Of a stretch of 64,000 bases of DNA, positions 35,905 to 49,810 are shown piece after piece. Within the stretch, counting starts at the first letter, position 1, and the number at the start of each line of letters is the position of its first letter. The notes beneath the pieces are model-generated. The model saw only the letters and a program-made list of their open reading frames with translations. It was not told the origin of the DNA and did not search any database. The stretch covers positions 70,804,001 to 70,868,000 of the forward strand of contig OX597833.1 of the NCBI GenBank assembly GCA_951406725.2. Reading direction: 5' to 3'. Source of the DNA: Octopus vulgaris (Eukaryota). The position numbers were made by a program, and so were the translations under genes.

Positions 35905-36695
35905 TGAACAAGGACAAAATTTGGCACTGTGGTGTGTTATCAAGTACTGGCAGAAAAATGGTTTAGGCTTCTGGGAGATTCAATGCTGACATGGTAGCTG
36001 CATTAGGGCGGTGAGCTGGTAGAAACGTTAGCACGCTGGGCGAAATGTGTGGCCGTATTTTGTCTGCCGCTACGTTCTGAGTTCAAATTCCGCCGAGGTC
36101 GACTTTGCCTTTCATCCTTTCGGGGTCGATAAATAAAGTACCAGTTTCGCATTGGGGTCGATGTAATCGACTTAATCCCTTTGTCTGTCCTTGTTTGTCC
36201 TCTCTATGTTTATCCCCTTGTGGGTAGTAAAGAAATAGGTAGCAGCGTTGAGGAATGACACCCCAACTTGATCAACAGTGCAAAAGTAGGCAGCGGGGTT
36301 TAGAAGGGGGAGGAAGAGTCTTGAAGATGTTCCAGGGACTGGATGGCCTGCAGCTGCCACTGCCGAGAAAACATCAATTGTGTTCACCACATGCTGACGG
36401 ATGACAGGCAACTGACTATACATCAAATAACCAATGCTATGAGAATATCTTGTAAGAGAGCTGAGAATATTCTACATGACAAACTTGGCATGACAAAGGC
36501 TTCTGCTTGGTGGGTGCAATGTCTTCTAACACCTGATCTAAAGCACACTAAGCTGATCACATCACAGAAAGATCCGACCCTGTACGAGACCAATACAGCT
36601 GGTTTCTTTGAATGTTTCCTAAACCAGGATGAGTGCTGGCTTCATCCCTTTGAGCCAAAATTAAAGAGACAATCAATCCATACACAGTGGGAATA
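35905..36695 (+). mobile_element. Mariner transposase pseudogene, N-terminal half
   Basis: DKIWH...VIKYWQK; GRKSLEDVP; DDRQLT; ILHDKLGMTKASAWWVQCLLT; QDECWLHPFEPKLKRQS. Interrupted by SINE B. Confidence 0.85.
36006..36237 (+). mobile_element. SINE family B monomer nested in a mariner element
   Basis: Full head and tail. Diverged flanking duplication ggtagc(t/a)gc(a/g)tt. Confidence 0.85.
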
Positions 36696-36829
36696 CCCCT
36701 GTGTATTCCCACTGTGTATGGAATACACAGTATATGGAATACACAGTGTATGGAATACACTGTGTATGTGTATACCACTGTGTATGTGTATGTGTATTCA
36801 CATACATATATCACCAATATCACAGCGTA

Positions 36830-37645
36830 AATGACATTCTAAACGCTCTGAAATCATCAGAACACCTGAATTTATCTGGCAAGTTCAACAGACCATTGAT
36901 TACAATCCCAGAAAGTCCGTGAGGTCAATTGCAAAAGATCTCCAAGTGGCAGAAGGAACAGTCAGAAATGTTGTCTATGAAGTAAGTCATCAGATAATAA
37001 GTCTTATATGATGAGGAAAGGTCAATTTGTCAGAAAAAGCCAAAGAAAATCACAACATCAGATCTAAAAGGCTTTTTAACAAACTGAAAAATCCAGCAGA
37101 AAAACTTCAACCCAGATCAAAAAGTTAACAGAAGAAATGACAAATAGTTATGTGCAGACCCTTCTGAACTTCCAAGTGTTATGCATGCAAAATTTCCTGC
37201 AACTGTCCTGGTTTTAGGGGTTGTCAGCAATGAAGGACATGTGATGCCTCCTTACTTCTTTCCACAAGGCCTTAGAGTTAACTCTGCTGCCTACATTGAG
37301 ATCCTGGAAACAATTAAGCCCTAGATAGACAGTGTATGCAATGGAAGGCCGTATGTGTTTCAGTAAGACTCTGTACTATCAGACATGGCTCTAGTAACAC
37401 AGGAATGGATGGCTGGAAATTTTCGTGATCACATAACCCCTAACATTTGGCCTCCTAATTCCCCAGATCTCAATTCATTGGAATATTACATGTGGAGCGT
37501 TGTCGAGAGAGGGGTCAATGAACATACCCATAACACCAAAGATTCTTTGAAAGCTGCCATAGTCAGAGTAATGTCCAAAATGAACCAGGACCACTTGATT
37601 CAAGCATGTAGATGATTTAGATCTCATATAGAAGCAGTTGTTCTT
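36830..37645 (+). mobile_element. Tc1/mariner maT-like (D-37-D/E) transposase remnant
   Basis: YVFQ*DS...WPPNSPDLNSLEYYMWSVVE, with 37 residues between the second and third catalytic positions. Confidence 0.8.
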
Positions 37646-38860
37646 CCTGCCACATTTGACGTCCCCGTGGGACGTAGGACCATGGATCACGTGGAGACCA
37701 AAAATGAGTGTATAGCAGAAAGAGTGCAGGAATGCACTTACTCTGTTTTCCTGGGCGAGCAATACCGGCAGTAGGGTTACCTCTGCGGATTTCTATAGTG
37801 GGTTGGTAGAGCAAATGTCCAATGATGTCCTGGGAGAGACTCTAGGCTTCGATGAGGAACAGCTTGTCAACCTGTTCAAGAAGAACATTCGGGCTGAGGT
37901 ATCTGGACAACTTCCAGAAATCGCTGGCCTGGTTTTGCTACCGATCAGTTTTGCCCGTTCAAGAGAGGTTGTCAAGGCATGGTGCCAGTTTCCTGCCCAC
38001 ATGCCTGAGGTGTGGGCGTGTCAGTGAAACTGCCATGCACGCCTTCATACATTGTGAGGGATTAAGGGAACTGATAACCTATGTTGAACAACTGGTCTCA
38101 GATGCAGAAGGAGTACGGTTATCGACTGAGTCTATCATTAAGATTGTGTCTCCTCCCTCCATTAATAAGGAAAAGGAGGCGTCATTTTTCTGAGTAGTAG
38201 CCATATTGAAAGAAACAGTATGGATGACGCATGGAAGAGGAATTGAGGCAAGCAACTTCATATCTGGACGTGGATTGGTTGGTCTTTCTATCTTTTACTT
38301 GTTTCAGTCATTTGACTGCGGCCATGCTGGAGCACCACCTTTTTAGTCGAGCAACTCGACCCCAGGACTTATTCTTTGTAAGCCCAGTACTTATTCTATC
38401 AGTCTCTTTTGCCGAACCGCTAAGTGACGGGGACGTAAACACACCAGCATCGGTTGTCAAGCAATGCTAGGGGGACAAACACAGACATACAAACACACAC
38501 ACACATATATATATATACATATATACGACAGGCTTCTTTCAGTTTCCGTCTACCAAATCCACTCACAAGGCATTGGTCGGCCCGGGGCTATAGCAGAAGA
38601 CACTTGCCCAAGATGCCACGCAGTGGAACTGAACCCGGAACCATGTGGTTGGTTAGCAAGCTACTTACCACACAGCCACTCCTACGCCTATCTACCACCT
38701 ATCTAAAAAGATTAGCCAAGAGAAGAGGTGCCTGACTCGAAGCACGTTTGTGAAAAGATGGACGAATGTTGTAAGGAAGTTGAGAGCGAATGGGGCCGTG
38801 CTGATGTAGCCGGTCTAATCAGAAATTAAAATTAATAAGCAGAAAAAGGGGGGAAAAAAA
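37645..38860 (+). mobile_element. L1/Tx1-like LINE ORF2 C-terminal fragment
   Basis: CCHC knuckle PTCLRCGRVSETAMHAFIHC. Frame ends at TAG 38807-38809, followed by A-rich sequence. Interrupted by SINE A. Confidence 0.75.
38293..38687 (-). mobile_element. SINE family A nested in an L1/Tx1-like LINE
   Basis: Flanked by CTATC at 38288-38292 and 38688-38692. Confidence 0.85.
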
Positions 38861-40202
38861 CACTGGCGGGTCGAACACGAAAATATAATAACAGAAATTT
38901 TGAAATACAGGTACAACAGAAACCACTGGGCCATTGCACCTCCACTACTAAAGACAAACAGCCTGGGGGAAAAAGAAAGTTACAATCAGCGACTGTGCCA
39001 GACAACTTCCCTCGACTCTCTCAGCTCACTTTCTTCTTAGAACTTTATTTCTATCTGTAATTACTACGACGCAAATTACAAGAACACAAACACAAATTAT
39101 ACAAGGAAAATCTACGACATCTATCTTTAACTTTGCATGCTTTACGATTTTATCACCTGCCCATTGAGGTAAGGTATTTTACAACGTAACAGTAAAATAA
39201 ATATTTTCTTTACAACTTCAATCGCTGTTCTTTCATCTTTTTACATAACAGGAATCAAGTGACAACCAATCCTTACAAACTGGTTACGATTCCGACGTTC
39301 CATACTATTGTTTACAAAATAATTTCAACCGTTGCAAATTGATGACTCAACCGTTACATTAATAAACTTCCACCGTAACATATGTGTATATATACACACA
39401 TATATATATATATAGTTGAAATTTAAAGAACAAAAGACGAAGACAGGTGTATGAACAACATACATATCATCATCATCATCGTCATCGTTTAAATAGGGAG
39501 TGATTAATTAATTACAAACACACACACGCACATGCATATATATAGTCGCACATGTTCAGGATCTTTTAAGGAAAACTGTGTTGAAATCTTCAAAAAACAA
39601 TTCGGGAAAAGAATTCACAAACGAAAGCGCGCACACATACAATTGTGTGAGCGTGTATGACCTTGATAGATATAATTAAATTTGAGGCAAATCTTTCGGT
39701 ATCAGTAGACGACGTCATTCACCCTTATAACAACGTTCCTTTATGGCATAATTAAAAAGATCAGGCTAAAAAAGAAGGTGCATGGTGCCGTCTACTAATA
39801 CCGAATGGTTGCCAAATTCGATTCAAAGTCGTTTAGGAATAATCTGGGATAAATGAGGAATACATATTTTGCCAATCAACTTGGTGTTGTACCCCTTTCA
39901 ATCAAAGAGGTCTGAGCTATCAAAGCTCAAATAAAGGTCATCCTCCAAAAACCACCTTTGTCGCTTTTTTTTTTTTTATCTGACAATTTATCTTCGCCTT
40001 TTTTTAAATATTTTAACTATTTGACAACTGTCAAACAAACAACACCAAAACCCGCTCGTATCTGAGGGTGAGGGGGGGTGTCCATAACTGGTCTTTGGGT
40101 GCGCTGGAAATAGCAGCCAAATCGGTAATTTTTTTTTTTTTTTTTGCTTCGGTTCCCGGACCCCCCTTTTGAAAGTAAAAGAGTAATTGCTTTCTTTATT
40201 TA

Positions 40203-40360
40203 TGTGGTAAGTAGCTTGTTTACCAACCACATGGTTCCGGGTTCAGTCCCACTGCGTGGCACCTTGGGCAAGTGTCTTCTACTATAGCCTCAGGCTGAAC
40301 AAAGCCTTGTGAGTGGATTTGGTAGACAGAAACTGAAAGAAGCCCGTCGTATATATATAC

Positions 40361-40427
<67 letters not shown>

Positions 40428-40642
40428 TGGGTGTGTTTGTGTGTCTGTGTTTATCCCCCTAGCATTGCTTGACAACCGATGCTGGTGTGTTTACGTCCCC
40501 GTTACTTAGCGGTTCGGCAAATGAGACCGATAGAATAAGTACTGGGCTTACAAAAGAATAAGTCCCGGGGTCGAGTTGCTCGATTAAAAAAGGCGGTGCT
40601 CCAGCATGGCCGCAGTCAAATGACTGAAACAAGTAAAAGAGT
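40203..40642 (+). mobile_element. SINE family A
   Basis: Slightly 5'-truncated, long internal (TA)n, CpGs retained. Confidence 0.85.
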
Positions 40643-42457
40643 ATTAATCTCTCTCTCTCTCTCTCTCAGTATATCAGATACCTGGTTCACTTCAGTTAAT
40701 TAGCACACGTTGCCAACACGTTTACTGTGAATTCAATTGTAAAGTCTATCACATATTGAATAGCTTATAACATAGAAAGCACCTTACAAAGCATTTTACC
40801 GTCGCATGTTGTATACACTGGTCTCTCTATTATAATTGTAATGAAAAGCGATTAAAGAGGCCATGGCTTTTATTAAACTGTCCAAATATGTAAAGATAGG
40901 AAAAGAAGGGAGATAGAGAAAAAAATTAACAGCAAATAGGGAGATACAATTATATTTTTAGGGGATCCAAAAACCAACAACCGCAAATTTCTCTCGAATT
41001 AACCCTACCGTTTCGTGTGTGTGTGTGTGTGTGTAAAGGATCAGGCACATTAAAAAAATGTAGTTCCAGGTATCACTAAATCGTGTGTTGGTCACGGTTG
41101 GAATGTCTTCGATCATAACTCTGTCCGATCAGCTGCTATCCAGGGCTGAAGAACAACATCTGTTATCCGGGAGCTACTATGTGGTCGTTAGAAATAGCAG
41201 TGAAATATCTCCCTACTGCCTTAGAAGAGACTGTCATGGCTGGAATGCTTTTTCATCGTAGACATCTTCTTGATCAGAGCCGACATGGAGCTAAACAACA
41301 AACAACAAAACTCCAGTACCTTTTGGAAGTTCATGTGCGGTTGCTCGGTCTGCTGGAAATAGCAACCATATCTACTTGAAGCTCACCATAGCGTCGTAGG
41401 AAAGGAAGGACACGTTCGATGATGTGGTCCAACGTTTACTAAACATCAACATCAACAAACAAACAAAAATACGAAAACAGAATGGTATGTCTGGGACGAT
41501 TTTGGTAATAGAACCATTTGATCAACAAACATTCACATCTGCCCTTAATAAATCCTAATAATATTGGATTCTTCCATCGCAGCATTCCAAAGTACTTCGT
41601 TCCCTGTTAAACCCATTAGACGGGGGTCGATAGAATAATTCTAATCCTTAACCAGAAATATTCTAGGATCGATCAGCATTAAATGCCTAAACGAATACAA
41701 AAGCATGATCAGGTACTGATGATGATAATATTTTAGCTTATTAGTTACAAGGATCCAAAACACTGTGGACAAATACAAAACTGAAATGTTATTACAATAT
41801 ATACCAATATAATCATTATTTCCAACACAATTTCTAGGGTGTGTGCCGTCAATTAAATGATCTTCAGTATTCTTTGCAAACACCCTTGGTGGGTTTTGAA
41901 CCCGTAACGTAACGTTGGAAGTTGATAATTGCTTCTAAAACATGCACAAAGTCAGGAACTTAGAAATGATTAATCGATCACATCGATTCCAGCACTTGAT
42001 GGGTATTCTACTTTATCGACCTCGTAAGGGGGGGATTTGAACTCAGGACGTGGGGGGTAGCGCAAATACCGACACTCGGATACCATTCTATCGCCTTAAT
42101 AAGCTTTCTAGTTATCCAGTGATTTTTGAAGGGAAGAGTTTAGTCAAGTACATAGATCCCAGGGGCAGGAGATGAAAGTTAAAATTGACCTCGGAGTAAT
42201 TTGAACTCAGAACATGAGTCAGGACCAAAATACTAGAAGGATTTTTTTGTCCGTCGCGTTAACAATTTTGCCAAATCCACCACCTTAATAATAAGAATTA
42301 AAATATTTGTTCCAGGGGTCCAGGAGTTGTGGGAGGGAACTGTCCATTATTGTGATTCCATTACTTGACTGGTACTTTTATTTTTATCGATCATCAAAAA
42401 CAAAGTTGACTTCGCCCTCAAAGGTTTTGCGAGTTAATGAGAATAATTATTATTATT

Positions 42458-42770
42458 GCGCCGAGGTCGACTTTGCCTTTCATCCTTTCGGGGTCGATAA
42501 ATTAAGTACCAGTTGCGTACTGGGGTCGATATAATCGACTTAATCCATGTGTCTGTCCTTCTTTGACCCCTCTGTGTTTAGCCCCTTGTGGACAGTAAAG
42601 AAATAGGTATTTCGTCTGTCTTCACGTTCTGAGTTCAAATTCCGCCGAGGTCGACTTTGCCTTTCATCCTTTCGGGCTCGATTAAATAAGTACCAGTTAC
42701 GCACTGGGGTCGATCTGATCGACTGGCCTCCTCCCCAAAATTTTCGAGCCTTGAGCATAGAGTAGAAAAG
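42458..42770 (+). mobile_element. SINE family B dimer, 5'-truncated
   Basis: First unit ends in the long tail and joins the second at aaataggtatttcg. The second unit ends in the alternative tail. Confidence 0.8.
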
Positions 42771-43102
42771 ATTATTATTCTTTCTAATTTAGACACAAGG
42801 CCACCAGTTTCGGGATACGGAGTGGATTAAATCAATAGATTCCAACACTTGGCTGGTACTTTATTTTATCGACCCCAAAAGAATGACAGCCAAAACTGAC
42901 GTTGGCGAAATTTTAATCCAGTTTTTCAGGTTAATAATAATGGAAGTCACACTAATAAATTCATTGTATACAGTTTAGTCGATTTGGTATAAAATTTTGC
43001 ACAGCATCTGTTTATAAAATATTTAAAAAAATCGAAGTATGTTCCATGTTTATCGTGAAACATCTGTCAACACTTAACAAAACAACACTTGTTTTATATA
43101 GT

Positions 43103-43156
<54 letters not shown>

Positions 43157-43164
43157 CACACATA

Positions 43165-43234
<70 letters not shown>

Positions 43235-43425
43235 CACACATATATATATATACACACACACACACATATATATATACACACACACACATATATATATATA
43301 TATACACACATATATATATACACATATATATACACACACACATATATATATATACACATATATATATACACACACACATATATATATACACACACACATA
43401 TATATACACACACACACACATATAT

Positions 43426-43476
<51 letters not shown>

Positions 43477-43561
43477 CATATATATATACACACACACACA
43501 CATATATATATACACACACACACACATATATATATACACACACACACACACATATATATAT

Positions 43562-43616
<55 letters not shown>

Positions 43617-43645
43617 TATATATATATATATACACACACACACAT
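43103..43645. repeat. Compound (AT)n/(AC)n microsatellite
   Basis: Directly visible. Confidence 0.98.
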
Positions 43646-44335
43646 CAGGCTACGAAAGCGAAAAGATCCTCACACCATTTGATTTATATGGATAATCACC
43701 GTGACCGACCAGGCTATCAGATGTTTCTACACATCGCTGGTCACAATGCGCTTCGCATTGTTTTAGCCTTCAAATGAACATGGATAATACCATACCAAAT
43801 TCTGGTGCCTTTAAATTAAGTACCAGATTCATCTGAACCTATATTCGTAAAAAAATAGTTCCCCTAATATTGTGAACCTTATGAAATATACATTCTTTGA
43901 TTTTTCCCAACTCCTTATTTTTAGGATTTATTCCTTTCCGAAGTGTTATCCCAGAGAACTGCTTAGGTTCACCAGGTCCAACTTTACAGGAACCAGCAAA
44001 GGGGTCAGCCTCTACGTGGTCACCCAGCTGTTAGAAATAGCAGATCAAGCCTTCCTTCTAATCACACCCTGTCTTCGTTGAAAAGAAATAATAATAAAAA
44101 AAAATAGAAGAGAAAGATACACCGAACAACGATCGTAGTAGACATTTGAAAAAAAAGACGGAATGGTTATGGTTGGAACGCCTTTAATTCCAGGTTTTGT
44201 TATTTCTCGATCGGGACAGAGACACGACTCTGGAATCTGGCTGCAACGAGGAATAAACACAGAAATAACGGATATTTAAAGTTAATGGCAACATTGCGAT
44301 CTAGAAGCAATAGTTTTGGGTCTTTTGATACTTAC

Positions 44336-44610
44336 GGTGGACATGGTGCAGAAATGCAACCAGCTGCTGGCGTCTGGACATCATATGGAAGAAGTATTTA
44401 AAGGCCACCACGTCTGACCGACATCAATGAGAGAGAGGTACGGGTCCCACCACGACGACGATGACTGCTACCGCTGCTCCTCCTGCTCCTGCTGCTGCTG
44501 ATTATTGCGGCTGCTCCTCCTGCTGCTGCGCGCTGGAAAAGCAAGTCGGTCGTTAAACAAGTTGCGGCGAGGCAGTATGAGGGTTCGCTTCTCGATCGAG
44601 TGTGACTAGA
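44336..44610 (-). other. Candidate first exon in a GC/CpG-rich patch
   Basis: GC-rich, CpG-containing, CAG-rich unique segment ending in donor ACC|GTAAGT. gcaccATG at 44344 gives Met-Ser-Thr before the donor. 5' boundary unknown. Confidence 0.45.
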
Positions 44611-44759
44611 TTTTTTTTTTTTTAATAGAGTTTTTTTTTAGCTTCTTTCGATGCTGTTCTGTCTTGTCACAGCTGTCTATTTTCCCTTAATGCGTGTGAA
44701 TTTGATCAGTTCAAAATATTTTGTTAGTGTAAATACGTGCGTGCGAGCGTGTTTGAGTG

Positions 44760-44771
44760 TGTTGTGTGTGA

Positions 44772-44840
<69 letters not shown>

Positions 44841-45060
44841 CATACATACATACATATATGTGTGTGCGAGCGTGTGTTTGAGTGTGTTGTGTGTGTATAT
44901 ATATACATACATATAGATGCATATATATATACATACATACATTCATACATACATACATACATACATACATACATACAAACATACATACATACATACATAC
45001 ATACAAACATACATACATACATCATACATATATACATACATACATATGTGTGTGTGTGTG
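44760..45060. repeat. Compound (GT)/(AT)/(ACAT) microsatellite
   Basis: Directly visible. Confidence 0.95.
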
Positions 45061-45233
45061 TTGTATATATTTATAATTCACCATATCTTATATCGACGGT
45101 TTTTTTATATCTATTTATGTATGTATTTTTAAAATGCCTATGTATTTGTAAACATTTGCGTGTTTTTAAATATTAAATATTGATATGTTTATACGCTTCA
45201 ATGTTTTTAATACTAATATTATTTCGAACTTTA

Positions 45234-45855
45234 GGATCTTTTCCTTTTGAACGGCAGACAATTTCTAGTTAACTAAACACTTTGAAACTTCGTATACTGG
45301 TAGAATGTGTCAAAATAAAACATTTTTTTTCTCTTGGCTTTCTTGAGAAAATTGTAATTTGTTTGTTTAACGTAGTTTAATTTTTCAAATTTTAACCAAT
45401 CCTATGCTCCATTCAACTAAAATCATTTGCTGCGTCTAAAACTGAGACAACATCCTGTAACTAACCCTAAACCTCCCCCTAACACTAAATTTTTTTCTTA
45501 ATTGTTAAATTAATTTAATTGTTACGCGGGTAAAAAAAACTAAAGCAATGGAATTAAATTAATTTAACGATTAAGAAAAAAAGTTAGGGTTAGGGGGAGG
45601 TTTAGGGTTAGTTACAGGATGTTGTCTCAGTTTTAGACGCAGCAAATGATTTTAGTTGAATGGAGGTAATCGATTGGTTAAAATTGCTGAAATGCTCGGA
45701 TTTTCAGATGAAATATCTTACAAACTATAGAATTTTCTTGATAAAACCAAGAGAAAATGATGTTTTATAAACACATTCTACCAGTATACGAAGTTTAAAA
45801 GTGTTTAGTTAACTAGAAATTGTGTTGACATCCGCCGTTCAAAAGGAAAAGATCC
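45234..45855. mobile_element. Palindromic MITE, Merlin-like (GG...CC ends, 8-bp TSD)
   Basis: GAACTTTA duplicated at 45226-45233 and 45856-45863. Arms of about 290 bp pair almost to the centre. Confidence 0.85.
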
Positions 45856-46041
45856 GAACTTTATACTGATTTATTGATGTCGAAGAAAGTACACACATAT
45901 ACTGAATATTCCATTGGATAATAGGTCATGTTCCTCCAGGTTTCCGTTCGTATTGCCTCCATTCAGATTATACACACACACACACACTAGCAGAGATACC
46001 CAGCATTGCTCGGAATTAAGATGGCATAGTTTGTATATATA

Positions 46042-46965
46042 CGAGGGTGAGTCAAAAAGTAATGCCATTTTGTTTAGGACAGTTATAATCACCAACACAG
46101 GAACATGTATCATACATCAAAATGAAGCTGGCCCCTCTGTGGATCACATTCCTACTTCTCAACATAGTCACCGTTTCTCTCAATAGCAATGTTCCACCTT
46201 CGAATGAGAGTATGTATCCCTGCCCCGTAAAATTCTGTTGACTGTTCTTTGAGCCACTTCTTCACTACAGTTTTCACTTCCTCGTCACTGGAATAATGTT
46301 TGCCTCTCAAATCTTCTTTCATGGGGCCGAAGAGATGATAGTCTGAAGGCGCTAAATCTGGTGATTGCAGGCATTGACCCTGTCAGTCTAGCATTCTCTA
46401 GTCAGCTCTTTCAGTACCCAATGGTCACACTCTTTTGAAAAGCCAAGTGATCCAACAGTGTTGTAAGCACTTCCGTGGCTCACTTGAAGGTTTTCTGCCA
46501 ACTCATCAAGAGTTAAGCGCCTGTCTTCTCTGATCAGAGCATCTGCTTTTGCTTTATTGGCAGGATTTACAGAAGCGATGGACGGACAGACGGCCAGAAC
46601 GGGGTTTATTGGCTACACTCACAGTTCCCACTTTTTCATCTTTCAGACGACAGACCCACCTGCATAATATTGCTATAATCTAAAGTATTGTCCTCAAAGA
46701 CATTTTGTAATCATTGGTGAATGTTCACAGAGGTTTTTCCCATCAGTAACAAGAAATTCAATCACTGTTCTTTGTTTTTGACGTAACTCTAAGGGGGAAG
46801 CCATTTTGAATTTTCCTTTCCAGTCTAAAAACTTGAAAAGTAAGAAACAAACTATTTCAGAATGTAAATGATAGAATCATTTATAGCTGGGAAAATCTTC
46901 AGTTATTTTTATCAAAAACTTCACATGAAATAATGAAAATGGCATTACTTTTTGACTCACCCACG
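46042..46965 (-). mobile_element. Internally deleted mariner element with intact terminal inverted repeats (TIRs)
   Basis: TA-flanked TIRs of about 29 bp (cgagggtgagtcaaaaagtaatgccattt, 1 mismatch). Minus-strand SPDLAPSDYHLFGPMKE and GDYVEK*. Confidence 0.92.
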
Positions 46966-47245
46966 TAAAAAGCACCATCCGAACGTGGCCAATGCCAGCG
47001 CTGCCATGACTTGCTTCTGTGTTGGTGGCACGTAAAAAGCACCAACCAATCGTGGTCATTGCCAGCCTCCTCTGGCTCCTCTGCCGGTGGCACATAAAAG
47101 CACCCGCTACACTCACGGAGTGGTTGGCGTTAGGAAGGGCATCCAGCTGTAGAAACCATGCCAGATCAGACTGGAGCCAGTTCCAATCAAACTATCCAAC
47201 CCATGCCAGCATGGAAAACAGACATTAAATGATGATGATGATGGT
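46963..47245 (+). mobile_element. Repeat family C
   Basis: cacgtaaaaagcacc subrepeats, ggaagggcatccagc, (GAT)n tail. Confidence 0.75.
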
Positions 47246-47857
47246 GATATTTCTCTTTCTCTCTTTTAATACACAAATTTGAAATTAAATTATTAAGTAT
47301 TAATTGAAACGGCTATAATAAGTGAAGATGACCAATTTGAGATGGTCATGATTGGAACAGGTTTGATTCACTCTGGGCTCTTCAATCAGAATTGACCCAA
47401 AAGGAAACAGACAACAAGAACAACACCATGCAAGTTCTTTCTCTCTTTCCAAATTTAATCTAAGTTATGTTGGTATGTTATTATTTGCTTTGGTGATGCT
47501 GGAAGCTTGCAGGAACAAATTCCCGTCACCCACCAGTTCTTCATTGTTCAACATTTAAATGCCATCTGGTAGAAAATGGTGTTATTGCTAATAATGCAAT
47601 AACAGAAGACTCTGTGTGTGTGTGTGTATGTGTGTGTGTGTGGGTGCGCATATGCTTTATATAGACATATATAATTGTGTGTGCATGTGTATGTATGCCT
47701 TATTGAACATTATATGTATATATTATAGAGACATTTTATGTACTCTCTAATCTTTATTTGCTGCACAGTCAGGGGCCTGTGAAGAATCCACAGCTAATGA
47801 ATAGCAATTAGTTTTATATTTAATTATTTGCAGTTAATTATCTTGAAAAGAATTTGT

Positions 47858-48076
47858 TTAACCTTTTCGTTACTGTATTTATTTTGAGGTGCTCTGTGTT
47901 TCTTTCAATTATTTTAAATATAACAAAGAATTTAGTAAAATAACTTGGTTATCATTCAGTTAGTGTTAGGAAAGTAAATTGTGACTAAGGTTTGGTGGAA
48001 GATTTTAATTCAAAACTTTTGAAAATGAGACATTTGTACTACAGAGCCAGAGCCGATTTAGTAACAAAGGGGTTAA
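47858..48076. mobile_element. piggyBac-like MITE, reverse copy
   Basis: TTAA-flanked. Reverse complement of the 26011-26239 family. Confidence 0.8.
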
Positions 48077-48159
48077 TAAAATACATATTCCTCTTTATGA
48101 TTTAATAAATAATATTATTTGTCTGTCTGTCTCTCTCTCTATATATATATGCATTGCAT

Positions 48160-49063
48160 GCCAGGGGAAAAGTCTAGGGGTAGTTGATAGCTTCTGCTAC
48201 CTAGGCGACCAAGTCTGTATTGGGGGTGGTTGCTTTGGGAGTGTAGCGGCTAGAATAAGAATAGCCTGAGCTCCTACCTATTCTGGTAAGAAAGAGCCTC
48301 TCGCTCAGGATGAAAGGTAGAATGTATGATGCATGTGTGCAAACTGCCATGCTACACGGCTGTGGAACATGGGCCGTGACTGCTGAGGACATGCGTAAGC
48401 TTGAAAGAAATGAAGCTAGTATGATCCACTGGATGTGTAATGTCAGTGTGTATACATGACAGAGTGTGAGTGCCCTGAGAGAAAAGTTGGACATATGAAG
48501 CATTAAATGTGGTGTGCAAGAGAGACGGTTGCACTGATATGGTCATGTGTTACATATGGATGAGGACAGCTGTGTGAGGAAGTGCCACACCCTAACTGTG
48601 GAAGGAACCTGTGGAAGAGTTAGACTCAGGAAGACATGGGATGAGGTGGTGAAGCATGATCTTCGAACGCTGGGCTTCACAGAGGCAATGACAGGAGACT
48701 GAGACCTTTGGAGATATGCAATGATTGAGAAGACCCGGCAACTAAATTGAAATCACATCCAAGGCTGATGTCAGTGTTGCATGTCCGGCCCTTTTAAGAG
48801 TACCCTTGATGTGTCGGGCAATATGATATGCTTGAGAAGACCTGTTGAGTCAAGTAAAGCCAAAATCGTAACTGCGGCCAGTGTCCCCTGACTGGCCCCC
48901 ATGCCAGTGGCATGTAAAAAGCACCCACTACACTCTCGGAGTGGCTAGCATTAGGAAGGGCATCCAGCTGTAGGACCCTTGCCAGATCAGATAGGAGCCT
49001 GGTGTGTAGCAGCTGGCTCTCCTGTCCAACCATGCTAGCATGGAAAGCAGACGTTAAACGATG

Positions 49064-49070
<7 letters not shown>
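48160..49070 (+). mobile_element. RTE-clade LINE 3' fragment with family C tail
   Basis: Degenerate frame ELLPILVRKSLSLRMKGRMYDACVQTAMLHGCGTW...YGHVLHMDEDSCVRK...RKTWDEVVKHDL, continuing into family C and (GAT)n. Confidence 0.85.
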
Positions 49071-49094
<24 letters not shown>

Positions 49095-49412
49095 GCATAC
49101 TACATTATCATCATCATTGTTTAGTGTCCTCTTTCTACGCTGGTATGGGTTGGACAATTTCACGGGGGGGGGGCTGGCAGGGAGCTGTCCAGGTTTCAAT
49201 TGTCTGTTGTGGCATGGTTTCTATGGCTAGATGCCCTTGCTCACTTCAACCCCTCAACAGAGTGTACACCAGAATGGGTGGGTTTACATTGCACTGGCAT
49301 GGCTCTGTTAATGCAGCATCACACGGGTGTTTTTTAAGTGGCACCAACACCAGAAGACCAAGCCTGGATGTGGAGAAGACAGCAATTTCATTTAATTTCA
49401 CTTATATATACA

Positions 49413-49462
<50 letters not shown>

Positions 49463-49552
49463 CATACATACATTATATATTTATTGATGTTTTATTGATT
49501 TAAGTATGTTTCTCCATTTTCTAATTTTGTAGTTATATATATATATATATAT

Positions 49553-49759
49553 ACTCTTTTACTTGTTTCAATCATTTGACTGCGGCCATGCTGGAGCACC
49601 ATCTTTAATCGAGCAACTCGACCCCGGGACTTATTCTTTTGTAAGCCCAGTACTTATTCTATCAGTCTCTTTTGCCGAACTGCTAAGTAACGGGGACATA
49701 AACACACCAGCATCGGTTGTCAAGCAATGCCAGGGGGACAAACACAGACACACAAACAT

Positions 49760-49810
<51 letters not shown>

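Noticed and set aside
39100-39175. Plus-strand GAG|GTAAGG donor-like site
   Set aside because: Isolated motif with no supporting exon structure.
45583-45612. Interstitial telomere
   Set aside because: Only about three imperfect TTAGGG units, and they are part of the MITE arm.
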